Assembly: GCA_947570175.1 (NCBI GenBank)
Contig: CANOTJ010000003.1
Coordinates: 24,083-88,082 of the forward strand
Length of the DNA: 64,000 nucleotides
Source: an uncultured Mycoplasmatota bacterium
GTDB lineage: Bacteria > Bacillota_I > Bacilli_A > RF39 > UBA660
Reading direction: 5' to 3'
Position 1 is the first letter of the stretch. Every line of letters starts with the position of its first letter. A model generated the notes under the pieces. The model saw nothing but the letters and a program-made list of their open reading frames with translations. It did no database searches and was not told where the DNA came from. Positions 28,744-37,673 of the stretch are shown here, piece by piece. A program made the position numbers and the translations under genes.

Positions 28744-28882
28744 AACTCCAAAGATTATATATCGAAGAGCTAGGTATATAATATTATATCTAGCATATTG
28801 GGGTAGTTAGTTTGTGGTGAAAATCACATATTGTCCAGGTTTTCCTGGGAAGAGAAAAAGAAAGAACGCACTTTCTTTTTTA
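28744..28882 (+). ncRNA. Putative structured small RNA downstream of PemK-like gene
   Basis: TTGCAT-17-TAGTAT with extended TG; four helices; intrinsic terminator; no ORF. Confidence 0.6.
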
Positions 28883-29022
28883 ATTGTTTTAAATAACAAT
28901 AATTTTAAAATTTGACAATGCAATATTCAAAATCTAAAATAAAAACATCTCAAATATCACAAATTAGTGATTTGTAGATGTTCTTTTTTTATGCTTTAAT
29001 ACTCCTAGAAAGGAGGAGTAGC

Positions 29023-29193
29023 ATGTTAAAAATATTAAATAATGATGAATTACACCAATTCATTACAAACGAAAAAATCCCATGCAAGGAATCTGTATTT
29101 AGTATTATATTAGATATAGATAATTTAAGATATATTATTAATGGTGATTTGATTATTGATTGTGATAAAAATGTTTTGAATAAGTATCTTTAA
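29023..29193 (+). CDS. Small hypothetical protein
   Basis: AGGAGG RBS before ATG 29023. Confidence 0.5.
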   Translation: MLKILNNDELHQFITNEKIPCKESVFSIILDIDNLRYIINGDLIIDCDKNVLNKYL

Positions 29194-29912
29194 TTTTTAA
29201 GATATTCCAAAATTGATTTCAAATACCTTGCAGATACAACATCTGTTTGCATACCGTTATCAAAATAAATAATTCTATTTTTAGTATCTATTTTACTTAT
29301 ACGATCAGTATTAACCAAACAACTTTTATGAGATAGAATGAATCTATTATCAACTATATCCTGGATCTGTTGCAATTGCTTACTAGATTCAAATGTCATA
29401 TAATCCAAAATAAATTTTGATTTTCTATTTTCAATTTTAACATATAGTAAATTATGAGCTTCAAATCTATATAGCATTGATTTAGTTTGAATGACTAATA
29501 TATTAGTCCTATATTTATTTAATATTTGCTCTTTAAACAATATTGGAAGTTCTTTCTTATAATCGGATTTTTTAGATATAAATTTTAAAAACATAATTTT
29601 GCTTTCTAGCATATCCATAGAATATTCAGTAAAATAATCTGTTATAAATATGATTAAACTTTTGTTATCATGTTTTCTTATGAAATTGGCTATTTGTATT
29701 CCATTTACACCTTTATCATTATTCAATTCAATATCCAATATATATATTTTAAAATACTTATCATTTGTTATTAACCGTTTAAGCTTATTAGTATAGTCAC
29801 TAAATTTCTCTATTTCAACTTCTACCTTATACTGTATTGAAAATGAATGAATAATGTTAACAATTTTTTCACTAAATTCTTCCATGTCTTCAACTATAAT
29901 AAATTTAAACAT
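29190..29912 (-). CDS. LytTR-family response regulator (AgrA/ComE-like), no adjacent kinase
   Basis: IVEDM, YILDIEL, NGIQIA receiver; FILSHKSCLVN LytTR. Confidence 0.9.
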   Translation of the reverse strand: MFKFIIVEDMEEFSEKIVNIIHSFSIQYKVEVEIEKFSDYTNKLKRLITNDKYFKIYILDIELNNDKGVNGIQIANFIRKHDNKSLIIFITDYFTEYSMDMLESKIMFLKFISKKSDYKKELPILFKEQILNKYRTNILVIQTKSMLYRFEAHNLLYVKIENRKSKFILDYMTFESSKQLQQIQDIVDNRFILSHKSCLVNTDRISKIDTKNRIIYFDNGMQTDVVSARYLKSILEYLKN

Positions 29913-29966
29913 AGTAAATACCCTTTCTTATTCACTATAAAAAAATATCATAATATTTTATCTTTT

Positions 29967-30200
29967 TCAATACAAAAATGTTTGTTGGAAGAAATTGGAA
30001 ATGTAAAAGGGGATTGTAATAATAAAATAGAAGGTATATATTATATAATAATAAAGAAAAAGAATTTTGTATAAACATTGTGGTTGATATCCATCTATAA
30101 TCCCTACTAAAAATGTAATTCCTGCCCCAATTAATAAACCAATGCCAAACTTAGCAGCGCCTCCACTGATTTGTTGTAATTCTTCATCTTTTAATTTCAT
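29967..30200 (-). CDS. Double-glycine-leader peptide (bacteriocin/pheromone); C-terminus probably replaced at prophage junction
   Basis: MKLKDEELQQISGG|AAKFGIGLLIGAGITFLVGIIDGY; GAAAGGAG RBS; tail after about 30085 is low-complexity. Confidence 0.75.
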   Translation of the reverse strand: MKLKDEELQQISGGAAKFGIGLLIGAGITFLVGIIDGYQPQCLYKILFLYYYIIYTFYFIITIPFYISNFFQQTFLY

Positions 30201-30289
30201 ATATACTCCTTTCTTCCGCAATCGCTTTCTTCTATTTTAACGCCAGATTAGATAAAATAAAGCTATAAATTTACTAAAAAGATAACGCA

Positions 30290-32380
30290 TTATAAAACTT
30301 CCTTTCCTTGATTTCTTTTTAAATCTTCTATTACTTTTCCATGTTTCATTTGAATAACACGTTCAAATAAATCGATGTTATCGGTTCTATGGGTAACAAA
30401 AACAATACTCTTTTCTGAATAATGATGTAAAATATTTTTTAATATTTTTCGCTCTAATGATACATCTACTTGACTAAGACCTTCATCAATTAATAAATAA
30501 TTAAAATTCTTAAGTAATGCTCGCGCAAGAATGATTCTTTGTTTTTCACCACCTGAGATATTAAATCCGTTTTCTTCAATTAACATATAATAATTTAACG
30601 AATTATTTTTTATAATCTCTTCAATATAACAATCTTTAATCACTTGAAAAAATCTTTCCTGCTCCACCGTTTCATTTAAGACGATATTGTTGTATAAAGT
30701 ATCTGTAAATAGAATTTCATTTTGTGAAATATAAAGAACATTTTGATTGATATCCATTCTAGATATTTCATTCAAATTTCTATTGTTTACCATTACTCGA
30801 TTGATGGGATAATAATTTTTAAGTAGTTTTAATAGTGTACTTTTCCCACTACCACTCGGACCTATAATGGCTATTTTTTCCTTATTTTGAATTGATAGTG
30901 TTTGATTTTTTAACAGTGTCTGATTATTATAAAGGGTAGGGTGTTCTTGTATTATTAAATTTGAAAAACAAATATTCTCATAATTTATATTCTTTTTTTC
31001 ATCATTCATAATTTCTGAAATTCGTTGATAAGATATTTTTGCCTCCTCCATATTTTTTATAAGATTTAAAATATTTTTGACAGGTTCTATAAAATAATGG
31101 AATAAAAACAAAAAGGTAATAAAGGAACTAAGTTCAATTTTTTTATAATGAATGAATAAAATTCCAAAGAAAATTAAAATAATTGATATCATTCCATTCA
31201 AAAAACTGATAATTGTTTGTTCTAAATTAGATAGTACTTCTAATTTTTTTTGTTTTTGTAAATGAATCTGTAATAAATCGTTTAATTGACTAATTACATG
31301 TTTTTCGATTCCAAGTCCTTTTACAGTTTCAAAACCTGTTAGGTTCTCAACGATATAAGAATTCATATTTGTATGGCTGTTTTTTAATTCATTTAATCTT
31401 TTATACATGACTGGTTTCACTATATAAAAAATTATAATATATACTATTAGGAAAGCTAGGGAAAAGATAAAGAGTAATGAATTGACATGATATAAAATAA
31501 CAGCTGCTACAAAAGTTAAAATAATATCAATAAAAAATGTTAAAATAATTTCACTAACAGTTTGTTTGATAATATTTAGATCGTTGATTCTTGTAATTAA
31601 TTCTCCTGATGTTCGATTGCGATAATAATGGTAAGGAAGTAAAATGATTTTTTTTAATACATCTGTAAATAATTCTTTCGTTATTTTTTGATTTAGAAAA
31701 ATAAAAATCTGATTTCGAATCCATAAAAAGATATTTTTTAATAGTTCAAAAAAGATAAATAAAATCATTAACCGAGAAATAAGATTATGATGATTTATAT
31801 TTTGTAAGCTTATTTGAAAATAGAAGGAACTACAAATAGAGAGTATTGTAATTAGTAATGATAATATAACAATTATCAAAAGTTTCTTTTTATTTTGCAT
31901 CAATAATTCTGTTATATATTTATAAAACGATTTTTCTTTATAACAAATAGGGATTTTTCGTTTAGGATATAATGTTATTAATATATCATTGTAAATAGTT
32001 TTAAATTCTTTCCATGTTATTTTTTTTATTCCCTTTGCGGGATCTGCTATGATGAGTGTCTTTTTATTAAAATTAATTTCATAAATTACAATATAGTGTT
32101 GATAAATCTTATCTATTGTAACGTGGGCAATACAAGGTAAGATAATATTGTTATGTTCAACTTCTTCTATTTTGATACGAATTCCTTCTGATCGAAATCC
32201 AATTGCTCTTGCTGTTTCAATTAAGTGATAAGCAGTTGTACCACTTTTGGTTGTTCTACTCATTTGCCTTAATTTTTCTTTTGACATATTTCCTTTATAG
32301 AATCTAATAATCATAAGTAGCGAAGCAATAGCACAATCTTTTAAATCATCTTGTTTTACAAATGGATATTTTTTTCTCAT
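30290..32380 (-). CDS. Peptidase-containing ABC transporter (C39; ComA/LanT-like)
   Basis: QDDLKDCAIA (Cys), HYIVIY, TMD, GPSGSGKST, ISGGEKQR. Confidence 0.93.
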   Translation of the reverse strand: MRKKYPFVKQDDLKDCAIASLLMIIRFYKGNMSKEKLRQMSRTTKSGTTAYHLIETARAIGFRSEGIRIKIEEVEHNNIILPCIAHVTIDKIYQHYIVIYEINFNKKTLIIADPAKGIKKITWKEFKTIYNDILITLYPKRKIPICYKEKSFYKYITELLMQNKKKLLIIVILSLLITILSICSSFYFQISLQNINHHNLISRLMILFIFFELLKNIFLWIRNQIFIFLNQKITKELFTDVLKKIILLPYHYYRNRTSGELITRINDLNIIKQTVSEIILTFFIDIILTFVAAVILYHVNSLLFIFSLAFLIVYIIIFYIVKPVMYKRLNELKNSHTNMNSYIVENLTGFETVKGLGIEKHVISQLNDLLQIHLQKQKKLEVLSNLEQTIISFLNGMISIILIFFGILFIHYKKIELSSFITFLFLFHYFIEPVKNILNLIKNMEEAKISYQRISEIMNDEKKNINYENICFSNLIIQEHPTLYNNQTLLKNQTLSIQNKEKIAIIGPSGSGKSTLLKLLKNYYPINRVMVNNRNLNEISRMDINQNVLYISQNEILFTDTLYNNIVLNETVEQERFFQVIKDCYIEEIIKNNSLNYYMLIEENGFNISGGEKQRIILARALLKNFNYLLIDEGLSQVDVSLERKILKNILHHYSEKSIVFVTHRTDNIDLFERVIQMKHGKVIEDLKRNQGKEVL

Positions 32381-32456
32381 TGTTACCTCCTTGCTTCTAA
32401 CTTACTGTCTAGATAGAAATAATTCCTGCAAACAATGGTATCTATCATAGAAATGT
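32380..32456. repeat. 77-bp direct repeat, copy 1 (contains transporter RBS/leader)
   Basis: 76/77 identical to 34060-34136. Confidence 0.95.
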
Positions 32457-32609
32457 GACTTTTGTAATAACAAATTTCAATATACAAGGTACGTTTAAAT
32501 GTTTGTGAATTCTCTAGTTCGAATTACTTCAAATTATTTGCAAAGTCAGATAGTGAAAATAATCAAAAGTATAAATAGTAAGACAAATTTTTTAAAAATG
32601 TTTCCAAGT

Positions 32610-32640
32610 AAAAAAGAAACTATGGAGAGTTTCTTTTTTG
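32610..32640. terminator. Bidirectional terminator-like hairpin
   Basis: AAAAAAGAAACT-atggag-AGTTTCTTTTTT. Confidence 0.7.
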
Positions 32641-32685
32641 TAATCGTTATTTATAAAAATATGTTATAATTGTAAACAAGGAGGA

Positions 32686-33387
32686 TTGAATATGAATCAG
32701 AAAATTGAAATAAATGTTTATGCTGACGAGAGCTGCCATTTAGAGCACGACGATGTTGAGTTTATGGTTTTAGGCTGTGTATATTGTTTAAAAAAAGATA
32801 AAAATTATATTACAAATAAAATAAAAGAAATAAAGAAAAAATATGGATTAAAACCAACAACTGAAATAAAATGGACAAAAGTTTCACTTAAAAAAATAAA
32901 TATGTACAAAGAATTAATAGATTTGTTATCCAATGAAAATGTATCATTTAGAGGATGGATTGCTCATGATAAAAAGTCATTAGACCATGAATTATTTCAT
33001 CAAACATATGATGATTGGTATTATAAAATGTATTATTATCTTTTCAATTATATTATATCTGAAAGTTTAGTAGATTATAATATTTTTTTAGATATAAAAG
33101 ATACCCGATCAAGTATGAAAAACGATAAACTTAAAAACATATTAAATCGTTATAATATATATAATGTTAGCAAGGTTCAAGCCATTCGTTCTGATGAAGT
33201 TCAATTAATCCAATTGGCAGATTTAGTAATAGGGGCAATCAGTTATAAATTAAGGAATTTAGCGACAAGTACTGCAAAATTAGAATTGGTTAATTATATA
33301 GAAAATAAATTTAATACATCATTTTTTAATAATTCATCCAATAACAATAAGAAATTTAATATTTTTCATTGGAGCAGTCAAAAATAA
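32686..33387 (+). CDS. DUF3800-family protein (P1 RlfA-like, RNase H-like motifs)
   Basis: VYADESCHLEHD, EIKWTKVS, LIQLADLVIGA. Confidence 0.85.
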   Translation: MNMNQKIEINVYADESCHLEHDDVEFMVLGCVYCLKKDKNYITNKIKEIKKKYGLKPTTEIKWTKVSLKKINMYKELIDLLSNENVSFRGWIAHDKKSLDHELFHQTYDDWYYKMYYYLFNYIISESLVDYNIFLDIKDTRSSMKNDKLKNILNRYNIYNVSKVQAIRSDEVQLIQLADLVIGAISYKLRNLATSTAKLELVNYIENKFNTSFFNNSSNNNKKFNIFHWSSQK

Positions 33388-33890
33388 TGAATTGTGACAA
33401 AATAAATTTTCAAATTATCGAAAAGAAGAGAGATGAAGAACAAAAAAGTTATCATGATAGAGCATATGCTATTTTTAAAAATAGTTTAATGAATTCGGAT
33501 ATAAAATTTAAAAACATACCTGTTAAAGTTAGAGAATTGCCTTTTGAAGACAATAAAGTACAAGGCTTCTTTCATGTCATATCTGAATTAGATAAGAAGT
33601 TAAAAATTAGATTATATAAAGATGAAAGAGTAAAATATATTCCATATATTTCTAAAATGATAACTGAATATGATAAATGCAGTACTTGTTATAGTAATTG
33701 TTCTAAAATAAAAGTATGGACAGCGCCATATAATGGAAAAATTGAAAGAACTAAATTTTATTTTGAGGAAGATAATTATATAGTTATATTGGAAAAACGT
33801 CCAAACTATTATCAATTGGTTTCTGCTTATGTAGTGGATAGAGAAGATAGAAAATTAGATATATTAAAAGAATATAATAAATATAAATAA
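33369..33890 (+). CDS. P1 RlfB-like protein (possible RelE/BECR-fold RNase)
   Basis: GFFHVIS...ERVKYIPY...YIVILEKR..YYQLVSAY; coupled to DUF3800 gene. Confidence 0.6.
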   Translation: MEQSKIMNCDKINFQIIEKKRDEEQKSYHDRAYAIFKNSLMNSDIKFKNIPVKVRELPFEDNKVQGFFHVISELDKKLKIRLYKDERVKYIPYISKMITEYDKCSTCYSNCSKIKVWTAPYNGKIERTKFYFEEDNYIVILEKRPNYYQLVSAYVVDREDRKLDILKEYNKYK

Positions 33891-33892
33891 AA

Positions 33893-33957
33893 CGGAAAAA
33901 GGATTGGTTTTGACCAATCCTTAATCTGATGCTCCTTCTAAACTAGTTAGATGAGTA
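33893..33957 (-). ncRNA. Putative ~65-nt small RNA convergent on the DUF3800/RlfB-like operon
   Basis: Minus-strand TTGACA (33991-33986), 17 bp, TG-n-TATATT (33968-33963); 5' hairpin; 10-bp terminator stem with U-tract. Confidence 0.6.
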
Positions 33958-34059
33958 ATTGAAATATATCATATATTTACAATTTTGTCAAATATACTTG
34001 ACATATTATAGTATATTCTAATAACAAAAAAATATTTATCAAATATAAATTATAATACG

Positions 34060-34136
34060 TTGTTACCTCCTTGCTTCTAACTTACTGTCTAGACAGAAAT
34101 AATTCCTGCAAACAATGGTATCTATCATAGAAATGT
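34060..34136. repeat. 77-bp direct repeat, copy 2
   Basis: Same RBS but followed by ACG instead of ATG; contains perfect palindrome CTGTCTAGACAG. Confidence 0.95.
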
Positions 34137-34281
34137 AATTTATTATTGCAATTAATTGATTCAGATTCTTATATGCATACTCATTTATTTAAAAAGAAAC
34201 TGTAAAGTTTTGATTTTTTCTTGTTTAAAAATAGGATATCTAATAAGAAGATGCTATAATAATAATAGGAGTTGATGATAT

Positions 34282-34989
34282 ATGACAGCACATATAGAAG
34301 CAAAAAAGGATGAAATTGCTGAGATTGTAATAATGCCAGGAGATCCTCTCCGAGCTAAATTTATTGCTGAAACTTATTTAAAAGATGTAAAATTAGTAAA
34401 TCAAATTCGAAACATGTATGCTTATACGGGGTATTATCATGATAAGAAATTAACGATTATGGCATCTGGGATGGGAATGCCAAGTATTGGAATATATTCC
34501 TATGAGTTATATAAGTTTTATGATGTAAAAACAATTATTCGAGTAGGAACTGCGGGATCTTACTCGAAAGATTTAAATTTATATGATTTAGTTCTTGTAA
34601 ATGCTAGTTATTCTGATTCGAGTTATGCAAAAGTCCAAAACAAAAACGAAGAAGATACAATAAAAGCATCCTTTTCTACAAATTTATACATTACACAGAC
34701 TGCAGAAGAAAAAAATTTTCATGTGAGTATAGGAAACGTGTACTCTACAGATGTATTTTATAAAGAAAATGATAACTTTAAAAGAATCATTCAAGAAAAA
34801 GGTTGTGGTGCCTGCGAGATGGAATCCTTCGCACTTTTTCATAATGCAAAAACACTTGGAAAGAACGCGGCCTGTTTATTAACCATTTCAGATAGTCTTG
34901 TAACAGGAGAAGAAACTACTCCAGAGGAAAGACAAACAGCCTTCATTCAAATGATTGAACTAGCTTTAGATTCTAGTTTAAAAATGTAG
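34282..34989 (+). CDS. deoD: Purine-nucleoside phosphorylase
   Basis: MPGDPLRAKFIA, GMGMPS, IRVGTAG, EMES. Confidence 0.95.
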   Translation: MTAHIEAKKDEIAEIVIMPGDPLRAKFIAETYLKDVKLVNQIRNMYAYTGYYHDKKLTIMASGMGMPSIGIYSYELYKFYDVKTIIRVGTAGSYSKDLNLYDLVLVNASYSDSSYAKVQNKNEEDTIKASFSTNLYITQTAEEKNFHVSIGNVYSTDVFYKENDNFKRIIQEKGCGACEMESFALFHNAKTLGKNAACLLTISDSLVTGEETTPEERQTAFIQMIELALDSSLKM

Positions 34990-35074
34990 TGTTATAAAAA
35001 TAGAAAATAAATGATATAAAAAGAAAATTCGAATAAAATAAAATATAAAGCCATAATAAAAAAGAGGTGAAAAC

Positions 35075-36358
35075 ATGGAATATTCAAAACATCATATGAA
35101 CCGTTATCGTATCCATTTCGTTCAAACAGATAAATTTAAAACGATTAACGTCAAAATTAATTTTAAAAGAAAAATAGAAAAAGATGAAATTACGATTCGT
35201 AGATTCTTAAGTTCTATATTATTGAATTCTAGTGCCAAATTTAAAAGTGAAAGAGAGTTGAATATAGAAGTAGAAAATCTATATAATATAGGGGTCCAAT
35301 CTAATGTTAGTCGAAGTGGAAAGTATAGTATCTTATCCTTTTCGATGAATTTATTAAATGAAAAATATACAGAAGAAGGTATGCTTCAAAAGTCGTTTGA
35401 TTTTTTGAAGGAATTGTTATTTTATCCAAATATAGAAAACAAACAGTTTTCTCAAGATAGTTTTGATTTTATAAAACAATCCATCAAGGAAGAAATTGAA
35501 AGCTTTAAAGATAATCCAAATCGTTATAGTAGATACCGTTTATTTGAAGAAACTAGTCCAGAATCTATCCTATCTTATCCGTATTCTGGTACTTTGGAAC
35601 AACTTGAAAATATCACACCAGAAAACTTATATGAATATTATCAATCTGTAATAGAAGAAGATATGCTAGATATTTTTGTTATTGGTGATATTGAAGAAGA
35701 AAAGATAAAATCTATTATTGAAAATATGATTCCTTTCTATGAACGTAATATGGAAACTGAAAGACATGATTTAAGAAATATAGAAAATAGAGAAGAAGAA
35801 AAAATTGTTACAGAAGAAGGAAATTATAATCAAAGTAATTTAGCTATCTCTCTAACCCTTTCACCACTAACTGAATTTGAAAAACAATATGTTTTGCAGA
35901 TTTTTAATTTTATTTTTGGTGGAGGGAGTGAATCCAAATTATTTCAAATTGTAAGAGAAAAAAACTCCCTTTGCTATTCTATCGGAGCAAGTTCTATGCT
36001 ATTAGACCACTTAGTAATTGTTACAGCAGGAATTGATTCCAAAAGTTTTTCCAAGGCAATAAAACTCATTAAACAATGCTTAGAAGATATGAAAGAGGGA
36101 AAATTTAATGAAGAAGATATTGCAAAAGCCAAAACAACTTATATCAATGGATGCCAACAAATTTTAGACTCTCCAGTATCTATTTTAAATAATTTTATTT
36201 CGAAAGAGTATTTAAATTTAGATTTAGTAGAAGAAAAAATGAAGCAAATCCAAAAGGTAGACAAAGAGATGTTAATAAATTTAGGTCAGAAAATAAGAAT
36301 TCATACCATTTATTTATTAAAAGGAGGAAACGAAAATGAAGAAGATACCTCTAACTAA
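35075..36358 (+). CDS. M16 peptidase, non-catalytic subunit (YmfF-like)
   Basis: TDKFKT, GGGSESKLFQIVREKNSLCY; no HxxEH. Confidence 0.85.
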   Translation: MEYSKHHMNRYRIHFVQTDKFKTINVKINFKRKIEKDEITIRRFLSSILLNSSAKFKSERELNIEVENLYNIGVQSNVSRSGKYSILSFSMNLLNEKYTEEGMLQKSFDFLKELLFYPNIENKQFSQDSFDFIKQSIKEEIESFKDNPNRYSRYRLFEETSPESILSYPYSGTLEQLENITPENLYEYYQSVIEEDMLDIFVIGDIEEEKIKSIIENMIPFYERNMETERHDLRNIENREEEKIVTEEGNYNQSNLAISLTLSPLTEFEKQYVLQIFNFIFGGGSESKLFQIVREKNSLCYSIGASSMLLDHLVIVTAGIDSKSFSKAIKLIKQCLEDMKEGKFNEEDIAKAKTTYINGCQQILDSPVSILNNFISKEYLNLDLVEEKMKQIQKVDKEMLINLGQKIRIHTIYLLKGGNENEEDTSN

Positions 36359-37607
36359 ATTAGAAACAGATATCTATACTGAAAAACTAGAAAATGGACT
36401 TGAGATATTTGTTGTACCTAAAAAAAATGTCAATAACATTTATGCTACATTTACCACTAAATTTGGCTCACGTACTAACGAATTTATTCCCTTTGGGGAA
36501 AAAGATTATGTAAAAGTACCTGAAGGAATCGCTCATTTTTTAGAACATAAAGCATTTGAGCAAGAAGATGGTGTAGATCCCTTCACCTTATTTTCAAAAA
36601 ATGGGGCAGATTCTAATGCTTCAACAGATCGTTTTAAAACCACCTATTTATTTGCAGGTGCTACAAATTTTAAACAAAATATGAATTGCTTATTAGATTT
36701 TGTCCAAGCCCCATATTTTACAGACGAAAACGTTGAAAAAGAAAAAGGAATTATTGAACAAGAAATAGAAATGTATAAAGATCAACCCTTTCGTGAAGGA
36801 TATGATCGAATCATTTACAATTCCTTTGTAAAAAATCCAATTCGATATACAGTAGGTGGTAGTGTAGATAGTATTTATAAAATTACTAAGGATCACCTTT
36901 ATCAATGTTATCAAACTTTTTATAATCCAAATAATATGTTTGTTGTAGTAACTGGAAAAGTGGAACCAAAAGAAGTAATTGAAATCATAAAAGAGAATCA
37001 ACAAAATAAAAAATTAAAGAAAATGGCAGAAATTAAAGTACAAGAATATTCTGAACCTGATCATGTTGCAAAGGAAAAAGATGAAATTAAAATGAATGTA
37101 ACAATTCCAAAAATGTTTCTATCTTATAAATTTAATATTCAAGAAATTACAGAAGATTTTGATTTAAATTATTACTTTTCTATTTATACAGATTTAAAAT
37201 TCGGACCTACATCAGTTTTGTCAGAACGTCTAAAACAGAAAAAAATTATGACCACAGATATTGATTTTTCATTAATAAAAATTGATCATCATCTATTAAT
37301 TGTATTTGACTGTGAAACAGAAAATACAGAACAAGTAATTAAAATTATCAAACAAGAATTTAGTAAAAATGATATTAAAGAAGAAGAATTTAATCGAAAG
37401 AAAAAAGCAATCCTTGCCGCTTGTGTATATATGAGTGATAATATTTATAGTTTAAATAATAAAATCACTAATGATATTATTCATTTTAATCAGGTAAATA
37501 CAGATATGTATAATCGTATTAAAAACTTAGAATATGAAAAGTTAAATGATATCATTAATCATTTAGATTTTTCAAATTATGCTAGTGTTATTGTGAACCC
37601 TAAATAA
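36336..37607 (+). CDS. M16 zinc peptidase (YmfH-like)
   Basis: GIAHFLEHKAF, EKEKGIIEQEI. Confidence 0.9.
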   Translation: MKKIPLTKLETDIYTEKLENGLEIFVVPKKNVNNIYATFTTKFGSRTNEFIPFGEKDYVKVPEGIAHFLEHKAFEQEDGVDPFTLFSKNGADSNASTDRFKTTYLFAGATNFKQNMNCLLDFVQAPYFTDENVEKEKGIIEQEIEMYKDQPFREGYDRIIYNSFVKNPIRYTVGGSVDSIYKITKDHLYQCYQTFYNPNNMFVVVTGKVEPKEVIEIIKENQQNKKLKKMAEIKVQEYSEPDHVAKEKDEIKMNVTIPKMFLSYKFNIQEITEDFDLNYYFSIYTDLKFGPTSVLSERLKQKKIMTTDIDFSLIKIDHHLLIVFDCETENTEQVIKIIKQEFSKNDIKEEEFNRKKKAILAACVYMSDNIYSLNNKITNDIIHFNQVNTDMYNRIKNLEYEKLNDIINHLDFSNYASVIVNPK

Positions 37608-37673
37608 CCGTCTTCATGATGGTTTTTTCTTGAAAAAAAAAAAGAGGTATGTTATGATGATACTAGTATAGAG

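Larger units (their letters stand above)
1..30090 (+). mobile_element. Siphoviral prophage (HK97-type head, cos packaging); left end outside window
   Basis: Co-oriented early ORFs, late activator, HNH, terS/terL, portal, protease, capsid, tail, TMP, holin, amidase and morons. Right boundary inferred near 30085. Confidence 0.93.

Noticed and set aside
28744-28882. Classical ToxI tandem-repeat antitoxin or CRISPR mini-array
   Set aside because: No tandem repeats; only a single structured unit.
25182-28900. Diversity-generating retroelement or shufflon acting on tail genes
   Set aside because: No reverse transcriptase, no TR/VR pair differing at adenines, and no inverted cassettes seen.
32500-32580. 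Fragment reading EFSSSNYFKLFAK, reminiscent of an AraC C-terminal motif
   Set aside because: Too short, no start codon, could be chance.
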